The position numbers were made by a program, and so were the translations under genes. Below the pieces are notes generated by a model. It had not been told where the DNA came from and did no database searches. It saw nothing but the letters and a program-made list of their open reading frames with translations. Positions 39,312 through 52,804 of a stretch of DNA of 64,000 nt are shown one piece after another. How positions within the stretch are numbered: position 1 is the first letter of the stretch; each line of letters begins with the position of its first letter. Origin of the DNA: Geosiphon pyriformis uo1 (Eukaryota; Fungi; Glomeromycota); assembly GCA_016748015.1 (NCBI GenBank), contig JAAOMT010000660.1, positions 1 to 64,000 of the forward strand. Direction: 5' to 3'.

Positions 39312-40343
39312 CTACATTGCTTGAGGTGGCATTGGGTAACTCAGTGAACTCAAGTTATCGCCATTCATCTCCTTCCCATTTAATTTTAGCATTGATTCCA
39401 TGTTTTTATTCATGTTCCATTCCATAACGGGTTTTGAAATTAAATTTTGTGCAGTTGGTTTGAAGGCAATTGGTTCCAAGTGCATTTCAGGGCTTGAAAG
39501 TGGGAGCATCTCGTTAGTCATTGGTATCATTTCAACATCTGCTGGCATTTTCATTGTCATTGGCATCTCCATAGAAAGGTCGTTGAATGCCATATCCATG
39601 CCTGCATCTTGATGAGAACCGTGTCCTTCATGTCTTTTTGAGAAACCAGTCATCATTTCTGTATGTTGATGAGATCCATGTCCTTCATGTCTTTTTGAGA
39701 AATCAGTCATCATTTCTGTATGTTCATGAGATCCATGTCCTTCATGTCTTTTTGAGAAATCAGTCATCATTCCTGTATGTTCATGAGATCCATGTCCTTC
39801 ATGTCTTTTTGAGAAACCAGTCGTCATTCCTGTATGTTGGTGAGAGTCGTGTCCTTCATGTCTTTTGGAGAAATCAGTCATCATTTCTGTATGTTGATGA
39901 GATCCATGTCCTTCATGTCTTTTTGAGATCATTTCTGTATGTTCATGAGATCCATGCCCTTCATGTCTTTTAAAGAAACTAGTCATCATTCCTGGATGTT
40001 GATGAGAGCCTTGTCCTTCATGTCTTTTAAGGAAACCAGTCATCATGCCTGTATGTTGCTCCATACCAACATCGTGACGCTTTGGAAACCCTGCCATCAT
40101 ACCCTCAACATTTTCGTGCCTTTTTGAAAATTCTGTATTCATAGTCCCAGTGTGTTCATGGGTACCATGCCCTTCATGTCTCTTTGGAAGACGTCTCATT
40201 TCTACTCCTTTGGGCATGAGAGATCCATCTCTTTCATAGCTCTGCCAGGAGCCATGATGAGTTGGAGCGGCGTTGACGAATAAACCAAGACCAGTAACAG
40301 CGGCCAAAATTGATAAGATAATGTTTTGCTTGTTGTTTAACAT
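39312..40343 (-). CDS. Kex2-processed repeat protein (KEP-like), precursor of His/Met-rich peptides (343 aa)
   Basis: Signal peptide VNA|APT. There are 11 KR-H junctions, with consensus unit HEGHGSH(E/Q)HT(E/G)MMT(D/G)FSKR (57 bp). The C-terminal tail is Met-rich. Confidence 0.92.
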   Translation of the reverse strand: MLNNKQNIILSILAAVTGLGLFVNAAPTHHGSWQSYERDGSLMPKGVEMRRLPKRHEGHGTHEHTGTMNTEFSKRHENVEGMMAGFPKRHDVGMEQHTGMMTGFLKRHEGQGSHQHPGMMTSFFKRHEGHGSHEHTEMISKRHEGHGSHQHTEMMTDFSKRHEGHDSHQHTGMTTGFSKRHEGHGSHEHTGMMTDFSKRHEGHGSHEHTEMMTDFSKRHEGHGSHQHTEMMTGFSKRHEGHGSHQDAGMDMAFNDLSMEMPMTMKMPADVEMIPMTNEMLPLSSPEMHLEPIAFKPTAQNLISKPVMEWNMNKNMESMLKLNGKEMNGDNLSSLSYPMPPQAM

Positions 40344-42915
40344 GTTGTCGGTAAAAATTAATTAAAATGAGAATGAGAAGATGCAAATTGTTTGACCGAT
40401 AGTATTAATGATAAGGTCTGTTTTTTGGAAAAAATGATAAAGAAATTGGCCTCTTTTTATAAGGTCTAGTTACTCTTTTAATTCGACTTTCGATAGAAAA
40501 ACTCAAGATTTTGCTGTAAATGTTGACGATTTCTCCCGCTTTGGTAGGTTAATTACCCTCGTCTGGAAAATTGATCGGTCCGATCAAAAAAAAAAAAAGG
40601 TGCGATTTATTTGAACATGGGTAACAGTAACGATGAAAAAGTTTCCCGAATTGAATTGGAATAATGTTGTGAAATATTTTGAGTTGTTTCTTGAGATAAG
40701 ATAGAATTTTAATCGAAAGAAGCTAGTTTTCTGATGTTCTGTTCTTTAAAATTAGAACTTTTTGCCCATCGAGTTTTATCAATCAATAGAGATTTCCATT
40801 TCAACATATTTTGTCAAGAATTACAGTTTCATTTCTCTTGAAAATCCATTACTTTTTTTGATTTTTTAACCTTGTATTTTACAGTGTAATTAAATGGAAT
40901 TGAAAGTACCTGAGCTTCATGAAACACATCATTTGGAAGGATATACGATAGACAAAGGGATCCTGAGAAAAATTTTCCTTTAATCAATTGTCAAGTTGGG
41001 AAACTTTTGATACTTTTTAGGGAATTGACAATAACAAAAATATGATCGGGTCAATGGAAGAGGAAAGGGAAATCTCAAGGGAATTTTTATTTTTATTTTT
41101 ATTTTTTTTAGTAAGCCAACAACAACAACAACAACGGAGAATTTGTGATGTTTCATCCTCACTGTTTTTGTAACAATGGAAATCATAAATATATGGAGAC
41201 TTCCGCAATAGGCAAGAATTTTTATTCTAAAAAGAAATTCGTATGAATATGAGATCTCAGTTTTTTTTGACTATTTCTCTTTTAAATTTTTTTTGCGATT
41301 AATATCAGTGATCAAAACACAGATGAAATCAACTATGACAAAAAATAATTTTAAAATGGGGCTAAACTCATGACGAACTATATCAGTAAGACTCGATCAT
41401 AAGGTAATTTATGATGTGATTTTTTTTCTTTACAAACAGAGATGTGTACACGCATTTTGAAGTTTTTTTGATACCTTAAATATTATTAAATGTGTAAAAA
41501 ATCTGTTATCTGGAATAGAATCATATGATTCAATTTTTTTCTAATATGATTAGCTATCTTTAATCAAAAAGTAAATCATCAATCAAGAAGTAATATTTGA
41601 AGCTTATGACCAACTCTAGCCCCAGGAAAATGAAAATGAAAATGAATTGCTTATCATAAATTGATGAAAGATAAAAAATGATTTTATCGTTTAAATTTAT
41701 ATTCAAATTATGAGTTTTTTTTTAAAAAAAACGGTTTTGAATTAAACTCATAAAAAACTACTAGATAAAACTCAATATTTGTAATGCCTCGATCGAAAAT
41801 TTTTTTTTTTTTTAACTATCAATAAGCTTCTAGCAAATCAGAAGGTAATCGAAAATTTTCTTAATTACTTTAGAAAACGATATTTCATTAAGCGAAAGAA
41901 AAAATCCATTCTAAATAACTTATTATTTTGAATCATGGTAATTAAGAATTTATTATTCTAAAGGACCTAATGAATAAATTATTTTGTAAGAGCATTCTGA
42001 ATATAAAATTTGATCTTTCCTTTAATAAAGATATGATGCAAAAAATTCATAACTTGGAAAATAACAAAAAAAGTTGAAACATAAATGATGATGCCATTTT
42101 TATGATTAAAAAAGAAAATGATAAAAAAAAATATGTGTTGAAGGCAGCAAGCAAAGAAGAAAGGAAGGAAGTAAGTAAGAAAGGAAAAAATGTTTATTCA
42201 AGATAAATTTACCTATTTTAAAAATATTTTTTTTATGCAAAAAGTTATTAAAATCATAATATCAAATTTTTAATTTCTAATTTTTTGTAGAAAATATATT
42301 AAAAAAACTTTAGATATTATTATTATTATTTTATTTTTCTAAAAGATTTTTCATCTTTTTGTATATATATATATTAACTTTTATATATTTTTTGTTTTCT
42401 TGGCTTTTCTTTCTTTTATAAAATTGATACTTTAATTCATTACACTTTATATTTTTTGTCAAACATTGATAATATTATGATGTTGATTTAGTATTTTTGA
42501 TTTCAAAATATATATATATATAATGCCATGATTTATGTTTATTAATCTTTTAAAGAGTTAAAAAATAAAATTGTGAGCATGGTTTTTAAATTTTTAGTGT
42601 TTATCTTTATAAAAAAAAAATACTTAATATTTTTCAAAAAGATCAAGGTTTTTTATGTGTAACCCAAAAAGAATATTAGAATCAAAGAATTCTTTTTTTA
42701 TTATACACACATGAACAGATAAGTGATTTCTCGGAAAAAATATCTCTAAAAAATATATATATAAAAATAAAAATGATACTCTTTTATTGAAAGTTTGATT
42801 TTTTCCGATATTTACTAAAAATCTTTTTATTTTGAAGATTTCCTGTTTTGACAATTTCATTATCGTTTAGCTTTTTCTTTGATTTTTGAAAAAATCATTT
42901 CTTTACTTTTAAAAA

Positions 42916-43747
42916 ATGTTTACTAAATTTCAAAATTTTAAATGGGAAAATATTTATTTTATCCATTTTATTTCAATAGTAATTCTCTTATTTTTAATTC
43001 CAACCATAAGCTCAGTCCCACTATCTCCAACAATTTTTACAGCTTTTGATAATCCACTTTCTAATGGTTTTTCTGACGACTTGAATAGTTTAGACCTAGA
43101 AAATGAGAATAACCATTTCGGTGACGGATTTTTGAATACCTCCGAAAATTCAAATTATCAATCCGAGAAACCAGACAGTTTTGAACCAAATTTATTGGCA
43201 ATATCTAATAACAAAGAATCAGACAATTTTAAACCAAATTTATTGGCAATATCTAATAACGAAGGATCAGATAGTTTTGAACCAAACTTATTGGCAATAT
43301 CAAATAACGAAGAATCAAACAGTTTTGAACCAAATTTATTGGGAATATCTAATAACGAAGAACCAATCAACCCAAAATTAGTATATAAACATCGTGGTGA
43401 CCCATTACCTAAAATGATTCAAAATGTTCAACCTTTTGAGACGAAATGGACGGTTAATATGAAGGCTAATACAATGGTTGTCAGCAATCCCAACGAGGAT
43501 GGTGAACTTGCTTTTATACCAGATTATGAAGATCAGGAATCATTTCAAAATGGTCATTTCAACGATGGAGATCAGGAAAAGTTTGAAGGTAAAAACGAAT
43601 ATAGTATGAATCTGAAAATAATTTAAACATGGTAATTTTAACACTAACATTGATGAAAATTTATTAGACGACGATTATTATGAGGCTATTTTTGGCGATG
43701 ATAATGAGGCTATTTTTAATGATAAAGGGGAATTTTTGAACGAGTGA
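42916..43747 (+). CDS. Acidic secreted repeat protein (about 250 aa, probably 2 exons)
   Basis: Signal ISS|VPL and four 16-aa SDSFEPNLLAISNNEE-type repeats (48 bp). A probable intron at 43589-43667 gives the tail DDDYYEAIFGDDNEAIFNDKGEFLNE*. The unspliced stop is at 43626. Confidence 0.8.
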
Positions 43748-44982
43748 TTGAAAGTTGACTCAAATGAATTTGCTCAACTACCTTCGATTTCTCCTTTTTC
43801 TACCAAATTAACGAAAAAATATTCAAAAAAAGACTTTAATCTTAATACAGCTTCTAATTCGATGGGAGACTTAAAAACAGAAATATTTAATTCCTTCTTT
43901 TTATTTTATATGTTTAATTTTATATATAAATATCATCTAAAAATACTTATTAAAAATGGGTAGTTATTTTAAGAAATTATTTTAATTTTAGCTACATAAA
44001 TACATATATTTATGTAGCAGAAAATTAAGTAGTCGTACGGGACCTTTGATCTTTAAGTATTTTCAGGTGATTTCTATTATTTTATTGAAAGATTAATTTT
44101 ATCAAATAGTCTGAACTAAATGCTATTTCTAATATTTATAATCATTAAAGAAACATTAATTCGAATAAGTTTATTTCAAAAAAAAAAAAAAAATTTTTTT
44201 AATTTTTTAATTTTTTCGAAAATTTATATTCCCAAATATTTTTTATAACATTAAACCATTTAAAATAAATTAATATATTATTTTAGTTCACTCCAAAATA
44301 TAGAATAATAAGAAAATTTTGATATTTTCTTGGGAAATATTTGAAATGCAGATTTTCAATAAATATTTGTAAAATCTCTAATATTTTTTTTATTTTAAAT
44401 ACCTTCTTTAAATATGTTTCAACTTTTTTTTTCCATTCATTTCTTTGCTTTTGGGCTATGCATATACATACATATATATATATATATAAAAGTAACGATG
44501 CGATGTAGTAAGAACCAAATTATTTTTTAAAGTTCTAAATCCAAAAGTTAAAAAATTTCTCTGTTTTTGTTTTTTATTTTCAACCTATCAACAACTGTTT
44601 CATTTATTAACAGCTGTTTCATTTATTAGGGAACGTTTATTTGTAACATTCCAGTATCGTTGACAAAATAATATTTATAAAATATTTTTGACATCGGATA
44701 TATGCTAATTCTTTTTTTGTTTTATAAGAAAGGAAAGTATTTATGATCATTGCCTTTTGATTCGTTGATGATGGTCTTCGAGTGATGATGGTCTATTTCT
44801 CGAATATTTTTTGAGAATGCGTATACAAATATTGATGAGATCTGATCAGGAGATTAAGAGTTTTCAAAATTCTCACGTATAATATTTCCCTCCTTAAATA
44901 AAAATCAAAGAAAGTTGAACTTTTTTAATTGAAACTTTTTTCAACTTACACCAAATCTTTCAAAGAAATAAAATTTTCCCTT

Positions 44983-46323
44983 ATGATTACGACAAAAGTG
45001 AGCATCAAACCTTCGCCAACGACAGCTAAAAGGCAACACATTTTCTTTATAATTTTAGCAACTGTTATCCTTTTTAATGTCCTTCCACAGTTGCGATTAG
45101 TCGATGGATCGCCGATCAATAAAAAACTATTGAAGAGTCGACGTTTACCGTTCAATGGAAAATTAAACGACCAAGAATCAAATTATGCCTCATCCTCATC
45201 CTCATCCTCATCCGCATCCACATCCACGTTCAACGATCCTGATTCGTCATCAAATCAAGTTTCCAAGAGTCCTGAGTACGCTTCAACTGAATATCAATCA
45301 CAATTTCCTAATAATCCTGAAACTACGCTTGATTTTTCTTCAGAACCTTATAATTACGACTCTCAGTCAAATGAAAAGAAAGAATCATCTTATAATGAAA
45401 AATATCCGGATTCTAATCTCAACACCAACCAAGAAACCTTTAAAGGTAATGCTGCTGCTCCAAAAACTACAGAAGTAACCATAACTGGATATATGGAAAT
45501 TTCCACAAAAGATTTGGATACCATGGGAATAAACTTATCGGAGATGCTTCCGAATTATCAAGCTCAAATCCCCAGCCAAAGATGGGAGTCAGAGCAAGAC
45601 CAATTAAAAGAGTCAAATGAATTTGAAAATACACCGACATCGAGAACACAAACAGAGGAAAGCCCGTTAATTAGGATACCACAATCTGATCCAATGCTGA
45701 AGCATCAAAATCCACAAATTATTCCAGGTCAAAAATTGGGACCAAAAGATACGAGGAAATATCCAACTGGTCAGACGAGTACTATATCACCCTCTGAATT
45801 TTATAAAGTTTTTATCCGACCAACGCCACTAAATCCAGATTTAAAAGTGGATCGAAATGCTCCGTTGAATATATATCCAGGTCTTTCTGAAAATCCAGGA
45901 CATGAACAACAAAACTTCCCTTTTCCAATAAATCCACAAATTTTGCAGCAGCCAGGAACAAATATATTAATACCAATGCAGCCTCAAAAAGCGTCACAAC
46001 GTCCAATGTTACAAAACGACACTTATCTTTCACAATTGCAATCAAAGCCTCACTTTTTGACACCACCCAAACAATCATACGTGAATCGAAAACCAAGTCT
46101 CTATCGACAAAAGAAAATAGTCAATGATCCTCAATCACAAATTAAAAATCAACTACCTTTAGAAAGACTTTCGAAGCAAAATCTTTATGAGAATATCCCA
46201 AATGGTGAATTAAGAAATCAAAGAGAGGCTCCTGAAAACGCGTTCGCTTTTAAAATGCCTGATTCGAGCGAACACGTATTTCCTCCAGCTTTTTGGCAAG
46301 ATCTGGATGGTCTGATGTTATAA
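44983..46323 (+). CDS. Orphan secreted S/P/Q/N-rich protein (about 446 aa)
   Basis: Long ORF in AT-rich context with first ATG at 44983. AKRQHIFFIILATVILF leader, then VDG|SPINKKLLKSRR. No Cys. Confidence 0.85.
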   Translation: MITTKVSIKPSPTTAKRQHIFFIILATVILFNVLPQLRLVDGSPINKKLLKSRRLPFNGKLNDQESNYASSSSSSSSASTSTFNDPDSSSNQVSKSPEYASTEYQSQFPNNPETTLDFSSEPYNYDSQSNEKKESSYNEKYPDSNLNTNQETFKGNAAAPKTTEVTITGYMEISTKDLDTMGINLSEMLPNYQAQIPSQRWESEQDQLKESNEFENTPTSRTQTEESPLIRIPQSDPMLKHQNPQIIPGQKLGPKDTRKYPTGQTSTISPSEFYKVFIRPTPLNPDLKVDRNAPLNIYPGLSENPGHEQQNFPFPINPQILQQPGTNILIPMQPQKASQRPMLQNDTYLSQLQSKPHFLTPPKQSYVNRKPSLYRQKKIVNDPQSQIKNQLPLERLSKQNLYENIPNGELRNQREAPENAFAFKMPDSSEHVFPPAFWQDLDGLML

Positions 46324-47212
46324 AATGTGTAACTTAAAGAATCTATTGTATACCTCTGAATTATCATTGATAATTTTTAAATGTTGTGCCATTACTATTT
46401 ATTACGTTGGTAAAAAATCATTTAATTGGGAAACCAGAAAATATCTATTGTTATTATGCTCATCCTATATTTTGAAATATATCGTGTCTTTCCATAAATT
46501 CTCAAACATGATTGAATTTAAAAATTGATAAAAATAAATATTTTGATTGAATTGGATTGGATTGGATTGGATTTACTTTTTTTAGATTTACATTTGCCAA
46601 TTTTGCAAATCATTCTTTACATAAATTTATATTTGAAAAGGAAGAAAATTTTTATATATAAACATAAATAATTAAAAAAATTGATAACAAATCATAAAAA
46701 CCCAACTTTAATTTTTAATGGCAAGCGGTAGGTTTAAAGTATAGTCTCTGAGAAAATTGGGGAATCCCTTAATATTAGATCCAATAATAATAATAAAAGT
46801 TTTGGACTACTCTAAAAATCAAGACATTTTTAAAGAATAGCAATACTAATAAATTTGAACCTTTTAATTTTCAGTTTCAGTTTTAGTTTTAGTTTTAGTT
46901 TTAGTCTTTTGAAAAAACTCCAAAAAAAAAAACTCCAAAAGAATCTATTTTCACACGATATAATTGCCAATATTAAAATAAACCATTAGATACCATCACT
47001 TGGTCCAAAAAAATCACCGAATCCTTTCATTTTACAAACTATTAACAAACAAAAAAAATTTTAAAAATTCGACAATTGTTCCTAGGCATCTTTGAACCCA
47101 AATTTAATTTAATGATTCGATTGTTTCTTTATAAGAGACAAAAAAATTTTTATCCATTATAAATGTTGATATGGAAGAAATAAGTTTAAATTTCAAGAAA
47201 AATTAAAAAAAT

Positions 47213-47243
<31 letters not shown>

Positions 47244-47977
47244 GAATTTCTGCATATGAATAAAAAAAAATTTTTATTCTTTTTTATTTATTAGAATTAA
47301 TTAATAGGGATAATTAATATAAAAAAAAAATTGTTTTTATTAATTTTTTATTTAATTTTCAACTTTCTGAAAATGATTTCAGTTAATTAAGAATTGCTGA
47401 TTTTTTTAATTTGGAGAAAAATAAATGTCCCATATGTTTTGTTAAAACATAATAAAAACCATAAATGAACAAATGTTCCCATATTAAGTGATTACCAATT
47501 TTATAGCTTTGAAAAAATGGTGTTTCTTTCTTTTAAATATATCAAATATTTTAGATTTTTGAATATGGACACAGTAACTGAGGGTTATAAGCATCGTATA
47601 GATCATATAGTCTTGGAACGATTAAAAGTTTTCGATTTTAGAACAGATAATGATATAATTCATAAGCTGATATGCTATATTCGGTGTAGAATTTAAGCTT
47701 TAATCTTAAATCAAAAATTGGAAATATAGGGTTTAAATGTTTCATAGAAAAAAATAAAACATTTCCAAAAAAAAAAAAAAAAATTTTTTTTGACGAAATA
47801 AAAAATCCAAATCAATCAAATTAGTTAATGACATTCCAAAGGATTTGTCAAAGACTTTCGAGAGAATCAATCTTGGCGAATGATAGCAATATTTCATTTT
47901 CAATAGTAATCTGAATTAATGAAACATTTATTCAGTTTTCCTATATTGGCAAACTAGTAAAATATTAAATTTAAAAA

Positions 47978-48092
47978 CCTTTTTACCTTATTAATGCCTT
48001 TAACACTATTTTTATATCAAAATTTGAAATTCCTTTTTACCTTATTAATGCCTTTAACACTATTTTTATATCAAAATTTGAAATTCCTTTTT
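47978..48092. repeat. Tandem duplication of a unit of about 54 bp
   Basis: cctttttaccttattaatgcctttaacactatttttatatcaaaatttgaaatt occurs twice. Confidence 0.9.
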
Positions 48093-48434
48093 GTAATAAA
48101 AAATCATATTTAAAATCGTTAAAAGCGGAATAAAGTTTCGAATACGCCATATTTTTGTTGTTAGTGTATGTGTATGTGTATGTTTATTTGTATGTGTATG
48201 TATGTTGTGTGTGTGTGTGTCTCATTTCCAAGTGAAAAAGTTTGATCAATTGTATCATTTCGGGAAAATGGAAAAATTTTTAAAATCGGACAAACATTTA
48301 TTTATACAATTAATAAATATCTTTTAGATTTAAATCAGTCGTTTTTGTAAATTGCCTGAATCAGAAGCGTAATTATAATTTCAAACTTTTAATACTATTT
48401 CTCACTCACTTTTAACAAAAATTCTTTCACTAAA

Positions 48435-48833
48435 ATGAATTTTATTATCAATTCAACACTCCAAAAGCAACCCATTTTCTCTCAAAAATTTACCTTTTTT
48501 TTCATTTTAATCACATTATTATTCGCTTCATGTACCGGAATTCCCATCTACGAGCGTGACCTTCAGCATGTAGAAGGATTTAATCGCTTTCATATGACAG
48601 GTCATGAAAGTCTTCCAGCGATGGGCTTCGATATTACAGTAACTCCCATGGGACTTACACCGGCGGCACCACTACCACCACCAATTTTGGAAAACTTAAA
48701 GCAAAAACCATATCCATTGTCGAAGGGAAATTATAAATTCATTCCTTTTGTTCAAGATGCTAATAATTCGAATGAAAATAACGAGATAAGAAACGATCTA
48801 AATGAATCAAATTCTAATGAACTTGAGTATTAA
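48435..48833 (+). CDS. Small secreted protein (132 aa)
   Basis: Hydrophobic leader, then CTG|IPIYER, a Pro-rich middle and an N/E-rich tail. Confidence 0.72.
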   Translation: MNFIINSTLQKQPIFSQKFTFFFILITLLFASCTGIPIYERDLQHVEGFNRFHMTGHESLPAMGFDITVTPMGLTPAAPLPPPILENLKQKPYPLSKGNYKFIPFVQDANNSNENNEIRNDLNESNSNELEY

Positions 48834-49814
48834 TATTCTTTTAAAAAAGATATTTTTTATTTTATTAAATCTATTGAAAATTTTTTTATGACAAAATTTT
48901 GATTCCAATTATTTCTAATTTTAAATTCTTATTATTATAAACCTTCATTCTTTAACAAGGGATATTTTGTAATTTAAATAATAGTAATAATAAAAAATAA
49001 AAAAATTATAACGTTTCTGAATCATTAGTCATTATCGAAATCTTTCAACTTGTTATTTTTGCCCGATTCTCTTTTGATTAAATATTATTTTAAATAAAGA
49101 AATGTGACCAGGATCTCAATTAATTAATTAATTAAAAAAAAGTATCTAATTCCTGATATATTTTAAAAGAAAAGAAACTGAGATAATAATATTCTTTAAA
49201 AAAAAAAAAATTTTTTTTTTTACCAAATGGTTTTTTCCTTTTAAATATTCAAAAATTTTTGTGATTATTCGTTTTTTTTTTTTCAATAATAAAATTTTGA
49301 TACGATTTATATCTTCAAATATCCTCTTCTATTATACTTGCAGCTGAAAATACTCAAGATTTTCTCAACCTAATATTAATTAAAAAGGAAAAAAAAATTT
49401 TAAAATCTTTATCCAATCGAAAAATCCCCAAATTCTGAATTTTTCATCAAAAAATTGAAATTGAGAAAGTATATTATAGAATTTTTCTTTTATTAAATCA
49501 AAGATATCACAAAGTGATCCAAACATCATTACCCTTTTTTTTAGCTACTAGTACCATTATGAATATCAGAGATTTTGACAAGATAAAATTCTATTACACT
49601 CGGTTTCACCGCCATACTAACCATAAAGCCCGAATGCTTAAAAAATAGAACTTTGCACGACTATCCTCATTTTCTTTACATCTACATTAAATCCTTTCAC
49701 CTTCCACTAGAGAAAAATCTCATTAAACCAATCATCTTACTGAAACTATTCACTAATACAAAAATCATTTTTCTAAACAGAAACTCATTTATTCGATTTT
49801 TTTCACCTAGAATC

Positions 49815-50396
49815 TTAAATCAAATCAATCTCTGATGAAGATTGTTGCAATCCAAGGCTACGGCCCGAATCAATCGAGCTACCTCCGAGATAATTAACAG
49901 GTTGATAAATCGAACCAGATTCATTGGTCTTTTCAAATTCTACTGGTTTATATTGAGCTGAGGATGAGGAACTATCAGGGAGGTAATTCACGTTTTGGGA
50001 ACCGAAGGTGCCTTGCGAAAGTTCAGGAGTTGAGGCGGCATTAAATTGATCAGATTGCCAAGCTACATTTTGAGCCTGAGCCTGATTCGGATTGGAAGCT
50101 CCGAATTGGTTAACTTTATCAGAGCTAGGAGTTAAGTTTGTGAGCCCTTGCAAATCAAGAGGTCGTTGTTGTTGTTCTTGTAAAGTTTGTTCCGTTGACG
50201 GTGAAAAAGCGACAAAATTCATGCTGCTTGGCTGGATTTTATCTGATTGAAAAGCCTGAAGGGTATCTTGAGCTCCTAGATTGGTGAGGCCAACATTCAA
50301 ATCATCTCTTGGACTTTGGATTGGAACAGCAGTGCTCAACGTGAAGAGCAAAGTGATAGATGCGAAAATGGATAAGATGATAATTTGTTTAGTCAT
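49815..50396 (-). CDS. Secreted Q/S/N-rich protein (193 aa)
   Basis: MTKQIIILSIFASITLLFTLSTA|VPIQSPR. GC is higher than in the flanks. Confidence 0.85.
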   Translation of the reverse strand: MTKQIIILSIFASITLLFTLSTAVPIQSPRDDLNVGLTNLGAQDTLQAFQSDKIQPSSMNFVAFSPSTEQTLQEQQQRPLDLQGLTNLTPSSDKVNQFGASNPNQAQAQNVAWQSDQFNAASTPELSQGTFGSQNVNYLPDSSSSSAQYKPVEFEKTNESGSIYQPVNYLGGSSIDSGRSLGLQQSSSEIDLI

Positions 50397-52752
50397 TATG
50401 ATAGGCTTTGTAGTGGTAAAAAAAAAATAATAATTTATCAGGAAATTAATAAAAATTATTAAAGATGATGATTAAAATATGTAGATATATTGTTTTTAAA
50501 ATTATTTCTTTGCCGGAAAGAAATATGGATAGTAGCGATGGAAGAGGAATGTTACTGTTTTTGGATGAAAAAAAAGACGGTAGAAAAGGTCTCGCTTTTA
50601 TAGAGATTTGAACAAGAGAATTTTTAAAAGTTATACATAGTATATTCACTCAAATATCAATTAGAGATTGAGGCTTTTGTACAGACACCTAACACGTCGT
50701 GATTTTTGATAAAACAAAACTTCATGCCTCCAATTTGTTTCTAGCGAAAACAATTTTCACACGACCAAAATCAAAAGCATAAAAGAAAGCAAATAAATAA
50801 AAATCTTATCATCATAGTCCGAATTAAACCTTACTCGTTATCAGGACACAAAAATTCATCCTTTCGCTCAAGATGATGAAACTTTGACATTTCAAAACTA
50901 GAAAAGAAATCCAAACCAATCAAATCATCCAATGCAAAGCTGCGTCAAAAATATAAATTTGAAAAAATATTTGTCCAGTTTAGAATTTTCTATAGTCGTG
51001 GTACAAACAGCAAGAACATATGAAAAACAGAAAAAGGGTGGATCTCGTATGGAAAGCTAATACACAACCTTGTGGCAATTGGTAGATCAAAATCTTCACT
51101 CTTTAAACCCTTGTTTGGACTAGTAGATAAGCCCCCTAGTGTCCCGAATCCCATAGAAACAGGCTCGGTAAAAAAAACAAAAAAAACAAAAAACGATCCT
51201 TTTTAATATGCTTGCTGCAGAGGGAAATTGAATTTTCCGATTTTGTTGAATGTCAAAAAAATATATTTATATATTGGGATTGTGAGAGTAATTAAATGAG
51301 TTTATCGAAGAATATTAATCAAATAAAATTAATGAAAGATGAGCTTATCGAAAATTCTTAAACGTTGACCCGTTGCCGATGAAACTTTATGAACATTAAA
51401 AAAAAGAAAAAGGTATAATGACTTTGACTTTATTTCAAATTCAATTTATTTTATAATTAAAAAGATTTTTAGCGCAATAATTTTTTTTTAGTTGAAGTAG
51501 TGAATTAATTCTTTGAGAACTCAAGTTTCAAACAATATTACATTTAAATAATGTTTTGAAATATATATATTTTTTTTTTAATTTTCTAATTTTCTATATT
51601 TATTTATTTATTTATAAGAGTGTATGGAAATAGTTAGTAGTGTATGAAAAATAATAATTTTTGGCAAAAAAAAAAAAAAGGAGATATTAAAAAAAAAAAA
51701 AAAATGTTTTTCAATTGCATGAACAAAATTCTAGATAAATTTGTATGTACATGTATTAAAACAATTGATCGATTGGTAAATTTAATTACTCATCATCAGA
51801 ATTGAACGCGTAATGTCCAAAACTTTAAAAGATGAAACATGTGGGTCACACGTCAAAGAATTTGATTCTAGAAAATGTACTAAATCTACAAAAGAAAACT
51901 TAAATTTTCAAGTGTAATGTTTAGGATTTCAGAATTTTATAAAGTATCAAATAAAAGGTTTTTTTTTTTTTTTTAAGCATAATTTCTCACTTTCTATTCT
52001 TTTTTCCTATCTTATGTAACGAGAAATTGGACAAAAAAAGATCTTGAATGTTAACAAAAAGATTCAGAATCAAAAAATGTATATGATATATATATATATA
52101 TATCATATACATATTAAAGTACAGACTCGTTCCCTTTATTTTGAAATTTTAAAACTTTTAGATAAAACATTTTTTTAAAATCTCAAAACTATTGTTCTAA
52201 CTATAATATTTTGAAAATCTAAATTTTCTAATTTAACTTCTAGAATCTTGTATGATTTTTTCTATTCATGTTAGATTTTAATTTTAAAGTTAAAATTTTT
52301 TGATTTGGCAAAATATGTTATTATTTCCGTCTAACTATAAAAAATATTCTCTCGCTATTTTACAAATTTCTTCAATGAAAGTGAAATATTGGATACTAAT
52401 ATTTTTCTTGAAATTTGAGTAAAACACATTATGAAAATGGAAATTATTCACTTACCAGTAAAAATACCAAACACTTGTTTATCAATAAATTACTTAGTAA
52501 TGCATTATCGTCCTTAGTAATGCATAATCATCACATTAAATACCCATTACCCCCCAAGAACTTCTCATTGAACTTAAGGCACTATTGGAATGGAGTAGTC
52601 TTGGAAGTTGTGGTCATCCATCGCGAGTGTCTTTGTCGCTTTACCTTCACAACCTTCTCCAATACATCTTCTTCCTCCATCCTGCAGAATGCAAGGACGC
52701 TGAGCAGCTAAATACAGAAAAGCGCTAGCTCATTTCGAAAAAGTCAAACTGC

Positions 52753-52753
52753 C

Positions 52754-52801
<48 letters not shown>
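52753..52801. repeat. (CTGT)n microsatellite
   Basis: Direct reading. Confidence 0.95.

Positions 52802-52804
<3 letters not shown>

Noticed and set aside
39400-40127. Antisense repeat ORFs over the His-KEP (likewise over the cupredoxin stalk, 42916 and 57817 genes)
   Set aside because: They are shadow frames of in-frame tandem repeats.
43991-44018. Hairpin gctacataaatacatatatttatgtagc as a terminator or element end
   Set aside because: It is a single short AT-rich inverted repeat with no supporting context.
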